Shown here in pieces: positions 53,301-62,137 of a DNA stretch of 64,000 nucleotides. The position numbers were made by a program, and so were the translations under genes. The DNA is from Callorhinchus milii (lineage: Eukaryota): the NCBI RefSeq assembly GCF_018977255.1, contig NW_024704758.1, positions 5,642,001-5,706,000 of the forward strand, written 5' to 3'. Numbering within the stretch: position 1 is the first letter of the stretch; each line of letters starts with the position of its first letter. The notes under the pieces were generated by a model. That model had not been told where the DNA came from and searched no databases. It saw only the letters and a list, made by a program, of their open reading frames with translations.

Positions 53301-56300
53301 TTAACCTCCCACGTCAGAGCCACCTTGTCACCGTGCACAATACCAGTGGGCATCTTGATTTCAGTCATTGTGGGAGGAACTGTAAAACACAAGCAGCAGG
53401 TCAACATTATACTGTAATTCTGTAACAAGCCACACTGTGCCCAGCTACAAATCATAAAATCAATCCAGGGGCTCACACTGAGGTCTCACATTGAGCCCCT
53501 GGATTCCGCTTGGTCTTCAATATCAGGCTGGGCGTCAGGAGCACTTTTAGTTGCTCGCTGAGCTGCCTCCCTGTGCCCTATACCCGTGTCCTCTGCCCGT
53601 GCCCTCTCCTCAGGGCCCTCTCCCCAGGGCCTCTTCCACTGACTTCCAGTGTGACAGCATGTGACGAGTTCTCAGGCTGCTCTAAACTGACATCTAGGAG
53701 CTTCCATGTAACTCCTGATGACATGATCCAAAGTATAAAAGTGGTATGAACACAAACGGTCTCTCTGTGTTTTTATGTCTCCTCACACTCTCTATCTGTT
53801 TCCCCCCACAATCTACTTTCGTCTCTCTCCAAAGCTGAGAGAGAGAGAGAGAAAAAGAATAATACAGAGCGAAAGAGAGAGCGACAGACAGTGAGAGTTA
53901 CAGAGAGAGTCAGGTAGCGTCTATATTGCTAGGGGTGAAGGGGAAGTTCTCAGATTCCAATTGAAACACTCACAACCTTCTGACCCAAAGGCGAGTGTTA
54001 CCAACTGAGTCAATCTGTCACCTGAACTCACAGGGTTAATGGAGCATAAAATATGTCACGAGGTAACTATCTCAGCTGAGACAGTAACAATGTTCCAGGT
54101 GATTTGAAGAAGTGTTGAAGCAGCATGTCAATACGATCGGGTAAGAGAGAAGAGAAGAGAATTATGATGAGAGGAGATAGCTCGAGTGGAGGAATGAGCA
54201 ACAGTATAGGTGTAACAACAACAGAGAGAGCTGGGAAAACTCAGGTCAGGCAGCATCTATGGAGAAAGGAAAGTGAGTCAACGTTTCGGGTCCATGACCC
54301 TTCGTCAGAACGAAACGTTGACTCACTTTCCTTTCTCCATAGATGCTGCCTGACCTGCTGAGTTTTCCCAGCTCTCTCTGTTTTTGTTTCAGATTCCAGC
54401 ATCTGCAGTATTTTGTGTTTTGACCAGTATAGGTGTGATGGGGTGAAAGGCCCTCTGTGCTGTAATTATAAATGATAATGATAATAATTCTTGCATTTGA
54501 TGTAAATCCTTATCACATTGTTGAGACGTCTCAAAGCCCTCCACACAATACACCGTAAAATGTATTGACTATATTTTATGGGCAAAACGCAGCAGCCAAT
54601 TTCACACAGTAGTCGTGGATTGAGTGGCCAAATTAGTATTATTTTTTGTTGTTGGAAGGGATTATTAACCCTGGATTTCTATGATTCTATATATTCCGAA
54701 TGTTTGAACACCGACATGTAGGTGTTGCTGGGCGGGGGTGGGTGGATAGAGGTTGCACAATCCAATTCTTACCTTCAACTTCGAATTTTACAGATTTTTC
54801 GAGAGGCGTTTTCAGAGTCTTGTGATGAACTTTTACAGTCATTTGAACTCCGTCGTCCTCAGATACATCAGGACAGAATCCTATCAGACACTTTACACTG
54901 AAGGTCCCATTTTTGAGCTGAACACATCGTGGGGGCTCAGCAGTGAAGGAATTCACCCTCTCACATCCATCTTTTATATCTACGAGGGGAACACCTTCTT
55001 CAATCTGACATGACCTCTTTTCATCCTTTGGGAATTTCCAGACAAATAACGTCAGTTGTTCTTTTCTTTTCCTCGTCAGTAATACCACAATCTCTATCTC
55101 TTTTGCTTTGAATCCAGTAACTTCCCAACTCAGATCGGCACGCTGCCCATGTATAAAGTGAGTGGGTTTGTGGATTTCAGTGATCTTGGGAGGAGCTGTG
55201 AAACGTACAAAAAGTAGCATCAAATATTCAAATTCTCTAAAGAAACCTGAGTAATAATCAACACATTTACAACAACAATTTGCCCTTATATACCACCTTG
55301 CCAACATTGATACTTTCTCAAAGCACTTTATAGGAACTTTACAGTGTTCATCACTGAGCAAAGGGGCAAGAGAAAGCAGGGGAATGGTGACAGTGACCAA
55401 AAGCACAATCAAGCAGGTAAGTTTCTAGAAGGGATTTGGGTAAGCAGTCCAGAGAGCGGAGGCCTAGACACAGCCTTTCGCTATGTCATTAGCACAATAT
55501 TTGTTTCAGTTGATCATTGTGTCGGCTGATAGTTCTCTGTTGATAGAAAATGTGCACAAGAGCATTTAATGTTCAATAATTCACCGCCACATTTGCCATT
55601 GTACTTTAGGACTGTGAAGATCCTTACCTTGATTCCATTTCTTCCAAAAGCCAAATGCCGCTACAGCAAGGAGCACAATCACCAGCAGGCCAACGACACC
55701 TCCAATAACAGCTCCAGGCCCATTTCCTGCAGGTTCCTGTGGTTTCTTAACTACCACAGTCAGCTCTGCCTCCAGTGTAAAATTATCACTGAATGCTCTG
55801 TGCATCACCACACATCTGTACTTATCACCATCGTCATCCAGGGTTGGTGTGAGCCTCAACAGGTTGGAAACGCTGAATGTTCTGTCCCCGTTGGTAACTA
55901 CATCTTGTGTGAAGATACCTGTTGTAACCTCCATCTCCACACCACGTGATACCTTGACCCAGCTGATCTTGTGCGTCTGAGGGTAAAATCCATTAACATT
56001 ACACGTCAAAGTCACAACTGAATCGTTGATTACGATGATGTGACGTGGAGACACGGTGACCTTTGGCTGAGCTGTAGAGATCATAAAAATGCACTATATG
56101 AATACTCTCTTTTGGAGCAGCATTGTTATCTTCTAACCATAAGATACACACCAGTGACAACAACAACAATTTGCACTTATGTAGTGCACGCCATGCAGGC
56201 TAGAGTCTCAGAGCGCTTAACACTGGCGGAGCTTGCCTCCGAGCCAGTGGAGGGGGGAGGTGCCCATCAGCATGGTCGAAAAGGAAGGTTTTCAGGCAGG

Positions 56301-59300
56301 ACTTGAAAAAGGGGAGAGGGGGCAAGGTGGAAGAGAGAGAGAGTGTTCCAGAGTTTCAGGGTGTAGTGGCTGAATGCGCGATCTCCAATGGTGGAGGGGA
56401 GAGTGCAAGGGACAAGCAGGAGGCTGGTGCCAGTCTAAGCGGAGGAGCCGGGTGGTGGGATTGAGGAGTGAGGAGGTCAGAGAGGTAGGGAGGTGCCAGG
56501 GAGTCAAGGGATTTGAACACAAGTGTGAGGATCTTGAAGTCGATCTGTTCAGTGATGGGCAGCTCATGGAGACTGACCAGAATAGACCAGAACCACTGTT
56601 CACCAAAGGTCACCTTGTACCGAGTTTGGTCCATGTTAGTATGTGGGCAGCAGAGTTCTGAATGAGCTGGATTTTTTGAATGTGTTTGAGTAATCCAGGC
56701 GGGATGTGACAAAAGCATGCACAAGAGTTTCGGCTTCATTTGGGGAAAGGTCGGAGGCAGGCAATGTGGCGGCGGGGGAGGAAGACGGTCCTGGACAGGG
56801 ACCAGATGTGGGGAAGGAAGATTGGTTCGGTGGGTCTGAGGGTAAGGCCAGGGAGGTTGAAGAGTTCAGATCCATAGGAGTGAAATCGTTGACGGTAGCC
56901 AAGGAGTATGGCTTCCATCTTGTCCACTTTCAGCTGCAGGAAGTTTTATAATACAACTCATATTTATTTCAGACTCAGCAATAGGAAGATGGAATTTTTT
57001 TCAAATCCGTCTTCATTCAGAAGCCAGTTTTTCCCTTTTCTGAAAAGGACTGCCTTCCTAATTCAATCCAATGGAACAATTTTGTACAACACTTAGATTT
57101 TAAGACAAAATAATTTCCGACGCGTTAAGACTAAATGGAATTTCAACCCAAGATTTGTGAACTGAGCCCAGTGCAATAGACACGTATCACATTTAATCTT
57201 GGCAAGTTAACGAAACAAGTTGCATTGCTACAAGTCAACAGAAGAATGAGGTAACTATTTTTTTCCACAAATTAAGCATCTGACTGAGATCGGTTAACTG
57301 AGATGGCATCGGCATCAATGGTTTCTTAAGCAGGGGGTCAATTACAATCACTCTGACTGATGGGTTGTTTATTAACTGGGATTTGTGGTCAACATCAGCT
57401 AGGGCTCTCAGAGGGGAACATATAGAGGTGTAAAACATTTGAAATGGGATTGAAAAAATAAGCTTGACTCAGTCTGACGTAGACCATATTTTATGATGCA
57501 CCAAAATGGTAGAACAAGAGGTTACAGGTTTAAAGTTCCAATTAGTAATTTCAGGACAGACACCAGAAAGTATTTCTTGATCCAGACGGTAATTGGTAAT
57601 TAATGACTGGAACAGGTTGCAAGGAAGGATGGTTGAGGCCGGGACACAGGAATAGCTTGATGCAGTGACGGGAGGATGGGTATACTGGATGCTTGAGCTC
57701 AGATGGGCTGTAAAGCCAACTTCATCTGAACCGATTTTTTGATCTTGTGAATACAGCATTACAATTCCCCACTACAACATACACACCTGGCAAGATGCTT
57801 CACTGTGCTTACCTGACACCAGTACGGCTGAACTCTTTTCTTCTTTTGATGCAATTGGTGAGAAATAAACAATACATTTGTACACTCCTGCTTCGGATAT
57901 CTGAATCTTCGGAAGATGTAGGGAGGCGTCTCCTCTCCGCAGGTTTTCTATTATTATTCTTGATCCAGTTCTGACAGCTCTAAACGTCCCTCCATTATAT
58001 GAATACACCTCACCCAACTCCAAAAACCACTGAACAGCAACTATTTCACGGCGTTTCCCCTCCAGAGTTTTGAGGGTCACATTACATTTGAGGACAACAT
58101 CTTCATTCAGCAACACATCCAGTGGACCTTTAAATATTGTCATCCCCAAAGCATCTGTGTAAAAGCAGGAGGCATTCCAAAACATTAATGAAAGTTAAGC
58201 ATTTTAAATGTCAGAATAGCAGGTTTGATTATCTGAGATGAGAAGCAGGTTAAAAACCATGGATTAGGATTAGTTGCTGCTTCAAGAACATTGTAGAAAG
58301 GGAATTCAGTCCTACCCATGGATTTGGTGACCAAGGGAGACAACAACAAAATTACATTTGTATATCGCCTTTCACATCGGGAGGAAGTCCCAAGGCACTG
58401 AACAGTCAGTGTTTCAGAGCTGAGGGGAACGTAGGGAGTGGACAGGTTTTGGAGGTCACAGAAGTAGGCCATGGAGGGCTTTGAAAGTGAGGACGAGGAT
58501 CTTGAACTGTGTCCTCTCTGTGATGGGAAGCCAGTGGAGTCAGGCGAGGGTGGGGTTGATTGGGTTGTGGAGCTTGATGCAGGAGAGAACTTGGGTTGCA
58601 GAGCTCTGGATGATCTGCAGCCTTAGGAAGGAGGAGATCGGGAGGACGACATGCAGGCAGTTTGCGTAGTCGAGCCTGGATGTTATGAATGCATGTATGA
58701 GGGTTTCGATGGCCTGTGGTGTCAGACAGTGGTGGAACTGAGCAATGTTGCAGAGAAGTAGAATTGGGTATCATCCACATACATGTGGAAGTTAATCCCA
58801 TGTCTGCAGATGATGTCACCAAGGGGGAGCATAAAGATATTGAAAAGGAGTGGGCCAAGGACAGAACCCTGAGGGACACCACATACAACGGTGCAGGAGC
58901 TGGAGGAGAAGCCGTTACTAGCAATAAAGCAGAGATGGTGGGAAAGGATTCGAACCAGGCAAGGGCAGGTCCACGAAGATTGAGTTGAGAGGAGAGGCGG
59001 TGTAGGAGGATACAATGGTTGACAGTGTCGAATCAACAACAACAATATTACATTTCTAAAGAGCCTTTCACATCGGAGGATGCCAAAGGTGTTGAACAGT
59101 CAGGGATCAAGACCCGAGCATGGGGGGGTAGAGTTGGGATGAGGGAGGACACAGAGGCAGGAGGACGGCTGAAGGCACGGTCAAAAAGGAGGGCCTTGAG
59201 TAGTGCCTTGAAGGAAGCAAGGGGGGGGAACAAGGTGAAGGGAGTGTGGAATAGGGTTCCAAAGGGTGGGGACAGAGAGGCTGAAAGCCTGACCACTGAT

Positions 59301-61483
59301 GACAGGGCATGTCGAGCGGGAGACATGGAGCAGGCCAGAGCCTGATGAACGCAGGGAGAGGGCAGGTTGATAAGGGGTAAGCAGGTCAGTGAGGTAAGAG
59401 AGCGCAAGGCCGTGGGGAGCTTTCGAAGTTAGGACGAGGCACCAGTGAGGTCGAAGAAGACAAGGAGGCAGGGAGAGCCCTGGACTCAGATGTTCAGAAT
59501 GTCATTAGAGACAATGCTAAACAGCATGCCAGTGTGCATGTGCAAAGAATGGCCACTTGGGCAAAGCACTGGAGAACAGCCAATGTCTGTGGAATTGTAA
59601 GCTGCAGGTTATCCAGAGAATGAGGGTTTGGGATTTGTGCCAAATTCTGCCTCCCTTGTCCTCACCCATTTGAGACTCAGCACACCCACCATCCCAGACT
59701 CCACTGTCTGCCTGTTGCAGAACCGATCAATTTCAAGATCCTCCCTCTCACTTTCAAATCACCCTGGACCCTCCTTACCTCTCCGAGCTGCTCACACACC
59801 ACTCTGCTGTTATACGCAGACATGTGATCAACTTCCGGATGACATGCGGATGACACGCAACTCTATCTCTCTGCCTCCATTCTCGACTCCAGGACCAATA
59901 CTGTCCTGACAGAATGTGCGTCAGATATCAAATCCTGGAAGAGAGCTAACTATCTCCAGCGAAATGTCAACAAGACCGAGGCCCTCCTGATTGACTGCAG
60001 TCAGCACCTCAACAACTCAGGCGCTGACAGCAACACCACCACCAACAACAACAACAAAATTACTTTTGTATAACGCCTTTCGTGTCGGGAGGACGTCCCA
60101 TTCATGTGTGCATAATCCACCTCAATGAGCCAGTCTGGAAACTTGCCATCTTGTTTGACGCTCAACTGTCCTTCCTTCCCTACCTCCATGCCATGACACA
60201 TTCTTCCTTCTCTGTCCTCCGCAACATCGCACATCTCCCCCACTGCCTCTCCACTCAGGCCGCAGAGACCCTCATCCACGCATTCATTACATCTTGGCTG
60301 AACTAGACAAACGCCCTGCTTGTCGGCCTTCCCAACTCTTGGGAACTTCCCAACCCTCCACAAGCCACAGAACATTCAGAACTCTGCAGCTCGTGTCCTC
60401 ACCCGCACCAGGCTCCGTCCGTGAAGCTATCACCCCCATCCCTGCCCGGCTCCACGGGCTCCCCAATCCCACGAGGATACAATTCAACATCCTCGTCCTC
60501 ACCTTCAAAGCCCTACAGAGTCTTGCTCCCCCCTCCCTCTGTGACCTACTTACTCCATCAACCTGTCCGCTCCCTCTGATCAGCAGTCTCTGGTTTGCTC
60601 CATGACCCCCCCCCCCCCCCCATTGTCTGCTCCACCATCCTTCATTCTCACTGACCCCACTCTTTGGAACTCCATCCCACAGTCCCTTCGCCTTTCTCAC
60701 TCCCTCGCCTCCTTCAAGGCAAGGCTCAAGACCCTCCTACTCGACCGTGCCTTTGGTCACCCTCTTACCCCTATCCTCCCTGCACTCGATCCCTCCTGAT
60801 CCCAAATCCCTGCTCCGGTCCGAATCCCTGAATGTCCAGTGCCTCGTGACGTGAAAGGCTACAGGATACCGTCGTAATTTGTTGTTGTTGTTTAGTGCTC
60901 CAAGACGCTTCCTACATCAAGGGCGATACGTTAATGTAACATGTGAGTGCGGAGGAACTCGCAATAAGTTATCTTCTTCATTTTCTTGGCTGCGCATCTG
61001 ACTTCGCTCACTGTGTACAAGTTGACACGACTTCTCCTGGAGACACACTCCCAATTGGGCACTGGGCGGCAGTTGGGGAAGTGAGACCCCTTCTCTCAGA
61101 CACAGTGGCGCTTCACAAGATTGGGCTCAGATAACTGAGGCTCTCGGATGTTCCCAATGTTACTGCTCCAGTTACTGCACTGGACCTTAATATGACACAT
61201 CACACACCAGGCAATCCGCACGGGCTGCGGAGAGTCGCGGGTCACTGAGTTAAAGACCCCACCGCCAGCACTCAGCCGGACATTGCTTCACATATAAAGT
61301 GCTGCAGAAACCCGCACCGCTCCCGACAGCGCCGCTCAGGAGCGCAACGGGGAATCGATCTCTCGCTCAGCGGCGGATCAGCGTCACTGACGTTTGCGCC
61401 TTTTCTGTACCTGATCCCGCAATGGAAACCCAGAGGATCAGGAGGAGGGTCGTCCCCTCGGAAGCTCCACCGGGTGCGGACAT
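41260..61483 (-). CDS. NCR3LG1: Gene A (whole model): B7-H6/NCR3LG1-like type I membrane protein, leader-V-C1-TM plus 7 post-TM Ig-like domains and a terminal exon (8 if extended to the 36905-37336/35912-35958 copy)
   Basis: Join (minus): 61483-61411, 58154-57813, 56071-55628, 55195-54773, 53379-52966, 52114-51692, 49964-49542, 47668-47240, 43828-43397, 42135-41704, 41306-41260. Total 3882 nt, 1293 aa, open throughout with canonical GT-AG and phase-1 junctions. Family call from recalled motif similarity to B7-H6; orthology not tested. Confidence 0.75.
41704..42135 (-). CDS. Gene A post-TM Ig-like domain 7 (near-identical copy of domain 6)
   Basis: 432 nt; protein identical to domain 6 except HVTG vs HVKG at the end. 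Confidence 0.8.
43397..43828 (-). CDS. Gene A post-TM Ig-like domain 6
   Basis: 432 nt, AG/GT; [10 protein letters not shown]...[10 protein letters not shown]...GTFRVKC...[12 protein letters not shown]. Confidence 0.88.
46607..46675 (-). pseudogene. Truncated relic of a domain-3-like exon (3' end only)
   Basis: Encodes ...[20 protein letters not shown] with an intact donor G|gtaag; the 5' part is replaced by SINE sequence; downstream intron resembles 51290-51690. Confidence 0.7.
47240..47668 (-). CDS. Gene A post-TM Ig-like domain 5
   Basis: 429 nt, AG/GT; DPPEING...[10 protein letters not shown]...GSFRVNC...[12 protein letters not shown]. Confidence 0.88.
49542..49964 (-). CDS. Gene A post-TM Ig-like domain 4
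   Basis: 423 nt, AG/GT; VPPKITI...[10 protein letters not shown]...GTFRVTC...[12 protein letters not shown]. Confidence 0.88.
51692..52114 (-). CDS. Gene A post-TM Ig-like domain 3
   Basis: 423 nt, AG/GT; APPTITDI...[10 protein letters not shown]...GTFGVRC...[12 protein letters not shown]. Confidence 0.88.
52255..52660 (-). mobile_element. Degenerate L2 3' fragment (similar pieces at 7225-7445, 16295-16640, 45655-45835, 50480-50645, 62530-62890)
   Basis: CT-rich L2 3' region with gacgtcctcccgac...aaggcgc tail motif and (TTG)n. Confidence 0.7.
52966..53379 (-). CDS. Gene A post-TM Ig-like domain 2
   Basis: 414 nt, AG/GT; VPPTMTEI...[10 protein letters not shown]...GTFGVNC...[12 protein letters not shown]. 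Confidence 0.88.
54214..54424. mobile_element. Short Penelope-like terminal-repeat insertion: about 70-bp inverted repeat around a hammerhead-like core, 12-bp TSD
   Basis: Arms 54221-54288 and 54311-54381 are reverse complements; CAGTATAGGTGT at 54202-54213 and 54425-54436. Confidence 0.7.
54773..55195 (-). CDS. Gene A post-TM Ig-like domain 1 (degenerate C1)
   Basis: 423 nt, AG/GT, phase 1-1; APPKITEI...LSWEVTGF...GTFSVKC...[12 protein letters not shown]. Confidence 0.88.
55628..56071 (-). CDS. NCR3LG1: Gene A IgC1 + transmembrane exon
   Basis: 444 nt; [11 protein letters not shown]...ISW...TFSVSNLL...YRCVVMH (canonical C1), then [23 protein letters not shown] (TM) and KKWNQ, ending at donor G|gtaagg with no stop. 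Confidence 0.92.
56155..56900 (-). mobile_element. Degenerate L2 LINE fragment
   Basis: [16 protein letters not shown]; [26 protein letters not shown]. Confidence 0.85.
57813..58154 (-). CDS. NCR3LG1: Gene A IgV-set exon (B7-H6-like V domain)
   Basis: ttttacacag|ATGCT...TCAG|gtaag, 342 nt; VVLKCNV...VAVQWF...[20 protein letters not shown], typical of the B7-H6/tapasin-type V domain. Confidence 0.9.
58340..59450 (-). mobile_element. Degenerate L2 LINE fragments
   Basis: [13 protein letters not shown]...MYVDDTQF and L2 3' end motifs. Confidence 0.85.
59690..60895 (+). mobile_element. Degenerate L2 LINE fragments
   Basis: [10 protein letters not shown]..., [21 protein letters not shown]2 3' UTR and tail. 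Confidence 0.85.
61411..61483 (-). CDS. Gene A exon 1, signal peptide [24 protein letters not shown]
   Basis: ATG at 61483, hydrophobic core LLLILWVSI, phase-1 donor CAG|gtacag, inside a CpG-rich island; duplicated at 31405-31477. Confidence 0.8.
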
Positions 61484-61548
61484 CGTGGAGGGGTTTGTGA
61501 CCCCCAACGCGGTCTCTCTCCTCCTTCCAACGGCAGCGACTGAGCCGC

Positions 61549-61584
61549 ACTTTCGCTTTCAATCTGAGTCGTGATTTCTCGGAA
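61549..61584 (-). promoter_or_regulatory. Gene A promoter: ISRE/IRF-E (GAAAGCGAAAGT) plus GAS (TTCTCGGAA)
   Basis: IRF motif at 61549-61560 and palindromic TTC-N3-GAA at 61576-61584, 66-101 bp upstream of the ATG. Confidence 0.6.
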
Positions 61585-61778
61585 ATGGGTTATGTTCTCA
61601 GCGCTGCGATTGCACTCCAACAGTTTAAAGTTTAAAGCTCAAATGCGCTATTGTCATTTCAAGGAAAAGAGAAGAAAAGTTGGTGGTGTGGGGAGTGGGT
61701 AAACCACAGGGAAAAATAGGGTCCGAAAGCACTTTGCAGGTCAACTTTCTTAATGGTTTGATTGTGAGAATTTGATTT

Positions 61779-62137
61779 GTGGAGTCCTGTAGCTCAGTGG
61801 TTAGAGCACTCGCTTTGCAAGTGACAGACCTGAGTTCAATTCCAGGCAGAGGGCGAAACCTTGGGCAAGTTTCCTTACTCCACACAGTGCCTAATAATAA
61901 TCCCTTTCCTTACTCCACACAGAGCCTAATAATAATCCCTCCAAAACAATAATAAATTGGTCATTTTCAATCTACGACTGTTTGTGGGACATTGCTGTGC
62001 GCAATTGGCTGCCGCGTTCGCCCACAAATATACAGTCAATTCACTTTACAGTGTGTTCTGTGAAACGCTTTGGGACGTCCTCCCGACGTGAAAAGCGCTA
62101 TATCAAATGCAAGGATTATTATTATTATTATTATTAT
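61779..62137 (+). mobile_element. Full-length tRNA-derived SINE with a small internal duplication
   Basis: Same family; tttccttactccacac...taataataatccct occurs twice. Confidence 0.9.

Noticed and set aside
17976-58154. Immunoglobulin/TCR locus (V plus many constant exons, IgW/IgNAR-like)
   Set aside because: V exons end in splice donors rather than RSS, no D/J segments are seen, the TM precedes the array, and the array lacks the canonical Cys.
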